Origin: a phage
Sequence record: QB023162.1
Reading direction: 5' to 3' (one strand)
Length of the DNA stretch: 40,208 bases
The position numbers and the translations under genes are program-made. Each line of letters begins with the position of its first letter. Position 1 is the first letter of the stretch. Under the pieces are notes generated by a model. It was not told the DNA's origin and ran no database searches. It saw only the letters and a list, made by a program, of their open reading frames with translations. Positions 7,708 to 15,552 of this stretch are shown here, piece by piece.

Positions 7708-8750
7708 TAATCCCCTTTCAGATAATCAGCAACACGTTTATCGAGTTCCGCCATCTGCTTAAGCGTGAGCGGATTCCCGAAACCATCTACAGATATTACG
7801 CGAAACTCTTCCGGCGATATACCGCTGTTACGGAAAATCTTACCTCGCACCGGGCCGAGCGCCTGGTCCTGAAACCACGCCGGTTGTTGTTTAAGGAACT
7901 CGTAGTAAGTGGTGTCTGCGCTTACCTGAGTGCCACCCTCCGCGCCTTTAGCCGCGCGTTTTGCGCCTTTATCGAGGAAGTCGAACTCGGAACTTATTAC
8001 GGGTGCGGTGGTACTTCGACAGTTCGGATGGGCGGGGGGCATCGGCCCTTTACCAATTTCCCACGTCATCCCATCCCTGGCTCTGCAAATTGTACTGGTA
8101 CGGCTGTCCAGCGTTGCCACCCATTCGTACTTCTCGATGATGTCGTCGTTCTGGCGGTACGTCTCATTACGCGCTTCGTTGGACACGTGGGACAGCGCGG
8201 TACGGATTACCGTAGCGGCGTATTTCTCTGATATGTCAGCCAACCCACCTTTACCGGCCACTTCTGTAACAATCTGCCGTGTTGTCTTACCCTGAACAAA
8301 GCCCATCTTAACGCCAGTCACGAGGCGCGCGACTTCGGTTTCGCCCCAACCTGACATCAGCTTAGTGAAGTCAACTGGCTTGTCGCTCAACGATAACGGT
8401 TGAAACTCGGCCGCGGCCCACACCTGTTCGGCGGTAGGAGTAACGAATTCCGCGTCTACGTTGGCTGTCAGGGTCTTCGCATTCCACTCAGCCTCATACG
8501 CCGCCAGTTCCTTAAGGTCTTCGGTCAGCTTTGTCCGCCAGTCACCAGTAAGCCCCGTCAGAGCTTCTTCAAGGTCACGTAACAGTTTATTCAGCCGTGC
8601 GGTGCTGCGGCCGTCGTCGCCGAATAGCAGCACCTGCCGTTTGATTTCGTCCCGCATTTCCTGAATGAATGGTGCGAGGTCTTTTACTTCACCGGATGCG
8701 GCGCGTTGCAGCCAAATCTGGTGGCTGATTAGTGATGTCAGTAAGCTCAT
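7707..8750 (-). CDS. head morphogenesis protein, SPP1 gp7/Mu F-like (start re-assigned to ATG 8750; table start is TTG 8807)
   Basis: About 347 aa, in the usual position next after the portal gene; SD AGGAGG 4 nt upstream of ATG 8750. Confidence 0.55.
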   Translation of the reverse strand: MSLLTSLISHQIWLQRAASGEVKDLAPFIQEMRDEIKRQVLLFGDDGRSTARLNKLLRDLEEALTGLTGDWRTKLTEDLKELAAYEAEWNAKTLTANVDAEFVTPTAEQVWAAAEFQPLSLSDKPVDFTKLMSGWGETEVARLVTGVKMGFVQGKTTRQIVTEVAGKGGLADISEKYAATVIRTALSHVSNEARNETYRQNDDIIEKYEWVATLDSRTSTICRARDGMTWEIGKGPMPPAHPNCRSTTAPVISSEFDFLDKGAKRAAKGAEGGTQVSADTTYYEFLKQQPAWFQDQALGPVRGKIFRNSGISPEEFRVISVDGFGNPLTLKQMAELDKRVADYLKGD

Positions 8751-8793
8751 ATGCCCTCCTGTGGTATCGCCAGTGTAACGCATAAAAATAATA

Positions 8794-8826
8794 TTTGCAG
8801 ACACCAATATAATAGGGTACTATTCA
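8794..8826 (+). promoter_or_regulatory. class A promoter with operator copy O1
   Basis: TTTGCA (8794..8799), then TATAAT (8808..8813) fused to palindrome ATAATAG-GGTA-CTATTCA (8809..8826); 38 nt upstream of ATG 8852. Confidence 0.5.
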
Positions 8827-8851
8827 GTTAACTTAAACAGGAGGCTGAAAA

Positions 8852-9055
8852 ATGTATGCAATTTGCGAAGTAGTTCCAGAGTTCGATGAAGAGTTCGACG
8901 GCGACCTGTACCGGGTTAAAAAGGTTCTTCAGGTTTTCCCTGACGTAAACTCTGCTGATAGAGCACTATACGTGTTTGACCCCGCAAGATACGGGGACTA
9001 CGACACTGTTCTGAGGGTTGTCCATGAGGATTACATAAACACAAGATTCCGTTGA
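8852..9055 (+). CDS. small acidic hypothetical protein (67 aa), antisense moron inside the late operon
   Basis: Own promoter and operator, SD CAGGAGG, and its own terminator; opposite strand to the flanking portal and head genes. Confidence 0.5.
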   Translation: MYAICEVVPEFDEEFDGDLYRVKKVLQVFPDVNSADRALYVFDPARYGDYDTVLRVVHEDYINTRFR

Positions 9056-9060
9056 AAACT

Positions 9061-9087
9061 AAGGCCCCAAACGGGGCCTTTTTCTTT
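9061..9087. terminator. bidirectional terminator
   Basis: AAGGCCCC-aaac-GGGGCCTT stem-loop with TTTTCTTT on plus and a U-rich tract on minus; lies between the moron stop and the portal stop. Confidence 0.6.
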
Positions 9088-10567
9088 ACCCCTGTTGCTG
9101 CGCCGACTGTGGAATTTCTCCCGCCACCTGAGCAACAGCACCCAACGGCAGCGGTGCATCCTCGATAGCGTTCTGAATGTCCTCGTCTGTCCAGTCAGTT
9201 ACCCCCGCTTTACGCAACGCAGCATAATAAGCGGTGGCTGGCAGCAAGCCGGCGTTAATGTCCGCCATCCACTGAGCGCGGTCCTGAGCTGTCATAGGTT
9301 GCAGGAAGAACTCCATATTCAGCTTGAACTCGATTTCAGTACCGTCACTAAGCCCCAGCATCGCTGCTACCCAGCGCAGCGCATCGGTATACGCCATGCT
9401 TACGTTGCGCGCTATTGTAGCCATAACGGACGTGTCAGCGCCGCGTTGCAGGCGGGCCGATTCTGCGGTGATTTGCTGCGTCGGGGTGATAAGCTGCGCG
9501 CCAATCTGGATGGCCTGATTCTCTTTATCCAGCATATTCTGTTTGGCGAGGTTGTTCTCCCCTGCCTGAACCAGAAACGCATTGCCGCCGTACCCGATGT
9601 TATGGCCAGAACGTGACCCCATACGCACTCCGTGCGGGTTGGCTTCTTTCCATTGCTCCATGCTCATGTTCTCACCAGGGGAGATGAACAGAGTCGGTTG
9701 GCCTACAACGAAGCTGGACTCCTCATTGTCCGCGCTGTTACGGAAGTGCCCGATATTAAGTTCAGCCAACGGCAACAAAGGGGCGTCGTCAGGGGTTGAG
9801 TCGTTATTCCCCGCGCCAATAAATGTGAAAGGAATCACCCCTACAGGAATATTACCGAGTTTCGGGAAGATTTCGATATAGCCACCTTCCATCAGTGCAC
9901 CTTTCTGGTTAAAGCGGTACAGACGCTGGCGATACTGGCCTTCGAAAATATCAAGAACGCGGTATTGCTCGCCGTAGTTGGGGCTGAACTCATCCGTGCC
10001 ATCGGTGTACTCGTATTCCTCACGCAATACAACCATAACCACACGATTAACAGACCCGACGCGCTGGATACGCCAGTTGATGATGTTCTCTGCGGTGTAG
10101 AAAGCGATTGTCGGGTTTAGTAAACCCTCGTTTTGCTCCGCCATAGTAGCGACGTCTACCGCGGGTGCATCTACAAGCAAGCCGCCGCGACCAACAGCAT
10201 CAATCTCATACAGAGTATCCTGTGCGTGCTGCCACAGGCCAACGCCCGACCCGTCACAGTTAGTGGTCAGGTATTCCATCTGAGACGGAATAATCATCTC
10301 GGGGTCTTTGCGCATTACGCTGCCGACCATGCCTGAAAGCGTTCGCTTGGTGAAGTTGTAGCAAATTGCCCCCGCTTCGTATTCAGCCTGACGCTGGCGA
10401 CCGTAAACCTGGTCCGGCTCATTCTTACCGACGTCACGTAGATACGATGTCAGGTCACCAGAAAGCGCATGTCGCACCTTCTGCCACTTAGGGAAATACT
10501 CTTCGTACTGGCGGTGGTGGGTTTTAACGTTCTGCCCTTGCCCTGCGTTAATGTTTGCGGAAACCAT
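9086..10567 (-). CDS. portal protein
   Basis: 493 aa immediately downstream of the large terminase; SD AGAGGA before ATG 10567. Confidence 0.8.
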   Translation of the reverse strand: MVSANINAGQGQNVKTHHRQYEEYFPKWQKVRHALSGDLTSYLRDVGKNEPDQVYGRQRQAEYEAGAICYNFTKRTLSGMVGSVMRKDPEMIIPSQMEYLTTNCDGSGVGLWQHAQDTLYEIDAVGRGGLLVDAPAVDVATMAEQNEGLLNPTIAFYTAENIINWRIQRVGSVNRVVMVVLREEYEYTDGTDEFSPNYGEQYRVLDIFEGQYRQRLYRFNQKGALMEGGYIEIFPKLGNIPVGVIPFTFIGAGNNDSTPDDAPLLPLAELNIGHFRNSADNEESSFVVGQPTLFISPGENMSMEQWKEANPHGVRMGSRSGHNIGYGGNAFLVQAGENNLAKQNMLDKENQAIQIGAQLITPTQQITAESARLQRGADTSVMATIARNVSMAYTDALRWVAAMLGLSDGTEIEFKLNMEFFLQPMTAQDRAQWMADINAGLLPATAYYAALRKAGVTDWTDEDIQNAIEDAPLPLGAVAQVAGEIPQSAQQQG

Positions 10568-10578
10568 TTGTTGTCCTC

Positions 10579-11829
10579 TTAAAGTGCGAAAGTCACCGGG
10601 ATGTTGATTACTGGTTTAACCACAGGCATCTCGTAAACTACAGGATAGCCGAGAGCATCCGCCATATGGTCAATGATGCCGTCTTTAGCTGGCTCTCCGT
10701 TATCATCGTATGCCTGCTGCTCCAGCGTCTTCGCTATCTCGGGGCATAAGTGGTCATTAACCCACAGCTTACCTTTTTCCAGCGCAGTATTCACCGCTAA
10801 AACACGGTCTTTAACTGGGGGGTTGGCGGATTTAGCGCGAACATCGAAACCGGCCTGCTGGAGTAACGCAATATCTGAGATTGATGCCGAGTTGGTTTTG
10901 CGGTTCTTGCCGCTGGCATCCGGGTAAACGACGATGCGGTGGCCTTGCGACTTCCACTTCTCAGTAATCACACGCACGGTGTCCGGCGTATCAAACAGAC
11001 CTTTCAGTTCTGATACCGCGTGCCAGCCGTCTTTACGTTGCACATACACGGCGCTGGCGTTCTTAGTAACGTTGAAGTCCTGCCCGATGTATAGCGTGTC
11101 GCCTGGTTGGATTGTCTCTTTGCTGCGGTGCTTGCGACGGTCATACGCATAATACACGCTGCCGGATGTCAGGTTAACGAACTCACCGTTCAGATATGCG
11201 TTAGTCAGTTGCGCAGGGTAAGTCTCTGTCAGTGAGCTAATGTAATCCGGCGGCAGGAACCGCGCATTCTCGTGAGAGGACGCCTGCACCATCGAGTAAC
11301 TTGGCGTCGGATTCTCTTTGAACTTGGCGTAAACGAACTTGAACCCTTCCGGCGTCGTGGTGACAGAGATGTGGTTAGTTACGCCCGGGATAACCAGACG
11401 CATACGGGCCACAATTTTGTTCCACGCCAGCTCGGCTTTCTCACGGCTCAATACGTCCAGTTCATCCACGACCGCGGCGGCGATTTTGAAACCCACAATC
11501 GAACCGGGGTTATCCATCGAACGGCAGATAACGGTCCCGAGCACCGTCTTACCGCGAGTAACCACGACTTCTTTGTCGCCAGATTTAACCAGCACATCGA
11601 GGCCGAGCAGGTTAGCGGCTTCCTCAAATGTCGGGTAGAAGATGTCACGGATAGCCGGGTATGTCGGGCCGAAGTAACCCAGGCGCGTACCTGGATGCTT
11701 GAGCATAAACGTAAGCAGGTCCAGACAGCCGACGAAGGTCTTACCGCTGCCAAAGCCTCCGACATATGCCTTATATTTGTTATCACAATTTAGGAACAGT
11801 GCCTGCGGGGCAGATAACTGAATACTCAT
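10579..11829 (-). CDS. terL: terminase large subunit
   Basis: Walker A GGFGSGKT near the N-terminus, C-terminal nuclease-type acidic residues, 416 aa; ATGA overlap with the upstream gene. Confidence 0.9.
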   Translation of the reverse strand: MSIQLSAPQALFLNCDNKYKAYVGGFGSGKTFVGCLDLLTFMLKHPGTRLGYFGPTYPAIRDIFYPTFEEAANLLGLDVLVKSGDKEVVVTRGKTVLGTVICRSMDNPGSIVGFKIAAAVVDELDVLSREKAELAWNKIVARMRLVIPGVTNHISVTTTPEGFKFVYAKFKENPTPSYSMVQASSHENARFLPPDYISSLTETYPAQLTNAYLNGEFVNLTSGSVYYAYDRRKHRSKETIQPGDTLYIGQDFNVTKNASAVYVQRKDGWHAVSELKGLFDTPDTVRVITEKWKSQGHRIVVYPDASGKNRKTNSASISDIALLQQAGFDVRAKSANPPVKDRVLAVNTALEKGKLWVNDHLCPEIAKTLEQQAYDDNGEPAKDGIIDHMADALGYPVVYEMPVVKPVINIPVTFAL

Positions 11830-12371
11830 TCCCCTACCTCGCCCATGTTCGTTGTTACGATTTTACCTACAGGCTCCGCGACACTGAAAATAATCTCAGT
11901 CGGTGCTGTTTCTTCGGTGGATTCAACTGGTTTCTCTTTGCCGAGGCCCAGCTTAGCGGCAGCGAACGTAGCGGAGATGCCCGCGGCCCCTGTCTCGGTG
12001 AAGTACGCCTCTTCCAGCGCCTGCGCCGTTTCGTATGCTTCTGCAAATGCGGGAATCTCACGCAACCACAGCTTAATAATCGGGATAGTGACGCCGATGT
12101 GTAAGGCAAAGCGTGCCAGTGACGGCGGTTTATCCTGAATCAGCGGGCGTTCGTCACCTTTGGACGTAGGTACGAGCTCCCATGACGTGCGGTCGAAGAA
12201 CTCGATTAACGCGTCGCAATAGTCCGGGTCCCACAACGCGGCGGAATTACGGGATGATTGATAAAGGCTCTGTTTACCGCGCGGTCGTTTACGGCGACGG
12301 TTTGCGCTAACAGCTTCTTCATGTGCAGCTTGCACCACCTCTGGCGATGGCTGCTTGAGTTTCAGCTTCAT
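11826..12371 (-). CDS. terS: putative terminase small subunit (start ATG 12371; table start is GTG 12410)
   Basis: Directly upstream of and coupled to terL; basic N-terminus; SD AGGGGA 4 nt before ATG 12371. Confidence 0.5.
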   Translation of the reverse strand: MKLKLKQPSPEVVQAAHEEAVSANRRRKRPRGKQSLYQSSRNSAALWDPDYCDALIEFFDRTSWELVPTSKGDERPLIQDKPPSLARFALHIGVTIPIIKLWLREIPAFAEAYETAQALEEAYFTETGAAGISATFAAAKLGLGKEKPVESTEETAPTEIIFSVAEPVGKIVTTNMGEVGE

Positions 12372-12411
12372 AGAATCCCCTTGCATATGCGTCTGACCAT
12401 CAGAGCGCACC

Positions 12412-12466
12412 AGACGCGCCCTACGCGTCTAAATGGATTATATAAGGGGATTGGGCGGGATGTACA
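12412..12466 (-). promoter_or_regulatory. candidate late promoter with 5' leader hairpin upstream of terS
   Basis: Minus strand: TGTACA, 18-nt spacer, TATAAT (12437..12466), then a 7-bp GC hairpin AGACGCG/CGCGTCT (12412..12430) at the predicted transcript 5' end. Confidence 0.3.
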
Positions 12467-12469
12467 GAA

Positions 12470-12489
12470 AAGCCCTCCGTAGAGGGCTT
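12470..12489 (-). terminator. terminator closing the leftward early small-gene block
   Basis: AGCCCTC-cgta-GAGGGCT stem-loop; on the minus strand it is followed by TTTTCTG. Confidence 0.45.
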
Positions 12490-12650
12490 GTTGGCGTGTT
12501 ATTCGGTTATATCGCCGTCGTCTACCAGTGCGATTGGTATTCTGACTTCGCCGTTGAATGTTTCTGCACACCAGAACTTCTCGCACTGAGTGACGCTGAA
12601 AACATCGAGTTATGACGTAGCCCCAGTTTTCCAGTAGACAGTTAACTTTT

Positions 12651-12887
12651 TCATTCCCCGCTCTCCTCTTTAGCAATGCGTTGCTCTGTTTTAGTGATAC
12701 CTCGGCGCGTGAATAGCACCGGGCTGGTCTTAACGTGCGTCATCAGACGGTTGTTATAAATTACGTGGCGCTCACAATCAACGTCTTTGCTGTACTTGGC
12801 AATCGTCATTTCGTTGATGCCAGTTCGCCGGCATGCCTCCGCCATCGTGCCAAATTCTTTTATAAGGTTCGGAATGCTGGTAATCAT
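12651..12887 (-). CDS. small HTH-like DNA-binding protein (78 aa from ATG 12887; table start is GTG 12911)
   Basis: Segment MAEACRRTGINEMTIAKYS looks helix-turn-helix; SD GAGGAA upstream of ATG 12887. Confidence 0.4.
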   Translation of the reverse strand: MITSIPNLIKEFGTMAEACRRTGINEMTIAKYSKDVDCERHVIYNNRLMTHVKTSPVLFTRRGITKTEQRIAKEESGE

Positions 12888-13054
12888 CCTAAGAAATTCC
12901 TCGTTGTCCACATCGCATTCTGATATTTGTTATCGCGGTCCTGTACTACGGCAATCATGTTTCCACGCTGCACAAGACAGAAGTGACGTTGTTGCTCGCC
13001 GTTGTATCGACGCCAGATTGCTTCTTCGATTGCTGCGTTAATGTCACTGAACAT
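12884..13054 (-). CDS. unlisted 56-aa ORF
   Basis: ATG 13054; its TGA overlaps ATG 12887 of the next gene (ATGA); weak SD. Confidence 0.25.
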   Translation of the reverse strand: MFSDINAAIEEAIWRRYNGEQQRHFCLVQRGNMIAVVQDRDNKYQNAMWTTRNFLG

Positions 13055-13304
13055 ATCCGATACCCCACATAACTAACACCCCAACCGCTACACCAATAAG
13101 AATTGATACTGTTGTATTCGTCCACGCCCGCGGGCTACGCAAAGCCTCGGCGTTCTCCATAATGTCGCGGACACGCGTTAAGTGCTCAATCTCCAGTCTT
13201 GCGGTGGTCAGTTCCTGAGTCGCTTTTGAATACTTACCGTTAATCTTATCAAGCGCCTTCTTAAGGTCTTTGTTGTTCTTCTTGAGTTGTTCAATCTGTT
13301 CCAT
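13044..13304 (-). CDS. coiled-coil protein with C-terminal transmembrane anchor (86 aa)
   Basis: ORF table; N-terminal heptad-like charged region and C-terminal hydrophobic stretch ILIGVAVGVLVMWGIGY. Confidence 0.4.
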   Translation of the reverse strand: MEQIEQLKKNNKDLKKALDKINGKYSKATQELTTARLEIEHLTRVRDIMENAEALRSPRAWTNTTVSILIGVAVGVLVMWGIGYVQ

Positions 13305-13306
13305 AA

Positions 13307-13489
13307 CTACCCCACTATCTCATCGCCTAACCACGCCGTTTCTCGTATATCGTTGACCACACAAGCGGCGTGCTCACGGCTAATTGCAAAAATGTAGAAA
13401 CTAAACTTCTTCCCGTCGGCGTCGATGTGGTTAACCGAGTAGGGTTTCCACAGGACGCCATCTATAACTACTGGCTCAGGCGCTTTCAC
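13307..13489 (-). CDS. hypothetical protein (60 aa, GTG start)
   Basis: ORF table; no ATG or SD, so the start is uncertain. Confidence 0.3.
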   Translation of the reverse strand: MKAPEPVVIDGVLWKPYSVNHIDADGKKFSFYIFAISREHAACVVNDIRETAWLGDEIVG

Positions 13490-13628
13490 TCTTCATGCGC
13501 TCAAGTAACAACTTAAACGCCTCCAGTTGAAACTCACCGTTAATTGACAATTGCCCGCCTAACGTCTGTTTCTCTGACTCAAGCACCATAATACGGCGCT
13601 CAAGTGATGCGATTGTGATTTTAGGCAT
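13476..13628 (-). CDS. unlisted 50-aa ORF
   Basis: ATG 13628 overlaps the TAA of the upstream gene; SD GAGGG; the translation has no internal stop. Confidence 0.25.
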   Translation of the reverse strand: MPKITIASLERRIMVLESEKQTLGGQLSINGEFQLEAFKLLLERMKSESA

Positions 13629-13864
13629 TATTCGGCACCCTCATAGAAATCACCATTTCGGTAATCGCCATCGAAATCATCAGAAATAGCGCGACCCTTG
13701 TTCAGGTTGAAGCGGTTAATCAGTTCACGGCGTGTCTCGTAAAGCGACTCTACCATTTGTTCAGCTACAGCGATTTTAGTGTTCAGGACGTGCATCACGT
13801 GGCTGATGTCTACGCCGCCGTTAACGGCCTCTACCATCATCTTTTCGTATTCACGGTCAGTCAT
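13628..13864 (-). CDS. hypothetical protein (78 aa from ATG 13864)
   Basis: ORF table; SD GGGGAGAG upstream of ATG 13864. Confidence 0.4.
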   Translation of the reverse strand: MTDREYEKMMVEAVNGGVDISHVMHVLNTKIAVAEQMVESLYETRRELINRFNLNKGRAISDDFDGDYRNGDFYEGAE

Positions 13865-14016
13865 TTCTTCTCTCCCCACATGCGATTGAGATACTTGTTC
13901 TTGTCCGGCCCAGGGAAACTGTTACGTTTCATCAGTTCCTCGCGTGTAGGGAACGGGGTGCGGTTGACTTTCTTGCCGGCTGATGGTGTCGTGATATTCC
14001 CTTCTGACTCGTTCAT
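13861..14016 (-). CDS. unlisted 51-aa ORF
   Basis: ATGA overlaps at both ends (14013..14016 and 13861..13864); SD AGGAGAG. Confidence 0.3.
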   Translation of the reverse strand: MNESEGNITTPSAGKKVNRTPFPTREELMKRNSFPGPDKNKYLNRMWGEKK

Positions 14017-14162
14017 TTCTTCTCTCCTGCGTAAGCTGCTTTCAGTGTTTGCATCGCAGCGAACCAGAACGCGTCAGCGGGGATACTGCTACTAAGGTTA
14101 CTAACGGCGATACGTGCCATCAGTTGTGCGTCTTTGAATGCTTCGATATCTGTGATTTTCAT
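14013..14162 (-). CDS. unlisted 49-aa ORF, first gene of a leftward transcription unit
   Basis: ATG 14162 with SD GGAG 8 nt upstream, about 30 nt downstream of a sigma70-like promoter. Confidence 0.3.
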   Translation of the reverse strand: MKITDIEAFKDAQLMARIAVSNLSSSIPADAFWFAAMQTLKAAYAGEKK

Positions 14163-14195
14163 CTTCTATACTCCGTTCTCGTTGTCGATGAAGTA

Positions 14196-14224
14196 AATAT
14201 AATAGGGTCTAAGGTAATAGTCAA
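14196..14224 (-). promoter_or_regulatory. sigma70-like promoter (TTGACT, 17 nt, TATATT) reading leftward
   Basis: Minus strand: -35 TTGACT is the reverse complement of 14219..14224 and -10 TATATT of 14196..14201, spacer 17 nt; overlaps a half operator TATAATAG (14198..14205). Confidence 0.5.
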
Positions 14225-14253
14225 CTAGTCATTACAGAAAATAGATAAAAAAA

Positions 14254-14278
14254 ATCCCGGCTGGGTCAGGGCCGGGAT
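14254..14278 (-). terminator. strong rho-independent terminator downstream of the lysis cassette
   Basis: ATCCCGGC/GCCGGGAT stem; on the minus strand it is followed by a run of eight to nine T. Confidence 0.65.
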
Positions 14279-14357
14279 AAAACTGGAGAGTAGAGGGATG
14301 AAGCAGGAGGTGATTTAAGTATCGTCGGATTAGTCTCAGGTGTCAATTGGTAAAATA

Positions 14358-14382
14358 AAACCCGGATTAGCGGTCCGGGTTT
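14358..14382 (-). terminator. second tandem terminator downstream of the endolysin
   Basis: AAACCCGGA-ttagcgg-TCCGGGTTT stem-loop; on the minus strand it is followed by TTTTATTTTA. Confidence 0.55.
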
Positions 14383-14509
14383 CAGTCATAAGCCCCTGAA
14401 CCCTACGCAGTCTCCACCGCTTGGGCTGCTGCTTCAGGTTTACCAGGGCTTAGTATGCAAGCACAAGCAGCGTGGAAGTAATTTTACTAAATGCCTTCGT
14501 ATTCGTCCA

Positions 14510-14995
14510 TCATTTAACGGCTCTCCCAATAGCCTCAGCCTCTTGCCACGGTTTACCGTCGAACAGCGCCAGACGCCCGGATGTACGGCGACGCAGGCCG
14601 AGTAACGGCTTGCCGTTCTGGTTGATGAACAGCGCCAGCTTGGCACGCAGTGTTGCAATATCTCCTGAGCGCAGGGCCTTGCCCGTGCCAGTAGTAGACG
14701 CAATCACGCCGGCGCCCGCGTTATAGACCAGGTCGCACACTGCATCAAACTGTGCCTGTGTCAGTGAATGGTGTCCTGCGGCATCGACCGCGGCTACTGC
14801 CTTAGCCATATCGCGATTCAGTAACAGCAAGCCCTGTCCAGGGGTGATGGTCTGTCCTGCCTTAACATGTGGGCCGTGGCTTCCGTACCCAATAGTAAGG
14901 TACTTCTCGTTCGGCGTAGCACGATACGCAGTTCCACGGAATCCCTCGAACGCGGCGGTAAAATGCAGTCCATTATCTGAAATGTTTCGAGACAC
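14510..14995 (-). CDS. endolysin, phage lysozyme (GH24-like, resembles P22 gp19)
   Basis: Recalled similarity to P22 gp19 around FEGFRGTAY...TIGYGSHG, QFDAVCDLVYNAG and the Arg-rich LLGLRRR region; GTG start with SD GGAGGA 7 nt upstream; no N-terminal transmembrane segment. Confidence 0.8.
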   Translation of the reverse strand: MSRNISDNGLHFTAAFEGFRGTAYRATPNEKYLTIGYGSHGPHVKAGQTITPGQGLLLLNRDMAKAVAAVDAAGHHSLTQAQFDAVCDLVYNAGAGVIASTTGTGKALRSGDIATLRAKLALFINQNGKPLLGLRRRTSGRLALFDGKPWQEAEAIGRAVK

Positions 14996-15245
14996 GCTTA
15001 TGTCCTCCGTATGACAGCCACGCCTGACGAATCTGGCGCAGCGCGACTAATGTGATTAATGTCCCAGGCAGCGTTGGCGACATGCCACCCTGTAACAGGT
15101 GGATACATCCGGCGGCGCAGACAATAGCGGTCAGGATATAGAGCACCCGACCGAATAGCCCGTCGTCCACGCTGGGATGATACACATTAAACAGCGATGT
15201 ACCCCCGATTGCCAGCATACCGCCGAACCAGAATAACTCATTCAT
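14973..15245 (-). CDS. holin-like / antiholin membrane protein (90 aa)
   Basis: Two to three predicted transmembrane helices; between holin and endolysin with overlaps on both sides; SD GAGGAGG. Confidence 0.45.
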   Translation of the reverse strand: MNELFWFGGMLAIGGTSLFNVYHPSVDDGLFGRVLYILTAIVCAAGCIHLLQGGMSPTLPGTLITLVALRQIRQAWLSYGGHKRVSKHFR

Positions 15246-15546
15246 CCGGGCCTCCTCGACGTGAGATGTATTCTCCGGCGACGATACCGGAGAGGCGGGA
15301 ATAGATGGGCATCCAGAGAATAGCGATAATGAATCCGAGGCCAGCTATCTCACGCTCCCCAGTAATGCCAAACCATTGCGCGGCAAGAGGTGCACCAAAC
15401 ACGGCACAGGTGAAACCAGTTGCAATAAAGCAGAAGCCATCGATAGGGCCAGAAATAACGGACTTATGTTGTCGTAGTCCGATTACCCCACCGGCTAGTG
15501 CGGCAGCCAGAAGCCAGCCTGTCACTGTTTCAGTAAATTTATCCAA
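15238..15546 (-). CDS. putative holin (102 aa, three hydrophobic segments), TTG start
   Basis: Three hydrophobic helices; first gene of the holin-endolysin cassette; SD GGAGGA 6 nt before TTG 15546, with no in-frame ATG nearby. Confidence 0.55.
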   Translation of the reverse strand: MDKFTETVTGWLLAAALAGGVIGLRQHKSVISGPIDGFCFIATGFTCAVFGAPLAAQWFGITGEREIAGLGFIIAILWMPIYSRLSGIVAGEYISRRGGPDE

Positions 15547-15552
15547 GATGAA

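Noticed and set aside
8794-8826. TTTGCA/TTGCGC boxes considered as sigma70 -35 elements
   Set aside because: Their spacing to the -10 is 7 to 8 bp rather than 16 to 18 bp, so they cannot act as a canonical -35.
12368-12676. 102-aa Arg-rich minus-strand ORF across the terS upstream region
   Set aside because: It spans a terminator, a promoter candidate and a hairpin; the composition looks non-protein-like and there is no SD. The region is more plausibly regulatory.
14440-14703. 87-aa minus-strand ORF overlapping the endolysin 3' end
   Set aside because: Alternative frame of the endolysin with Arg/Cys-rich translation; no initiation signals.
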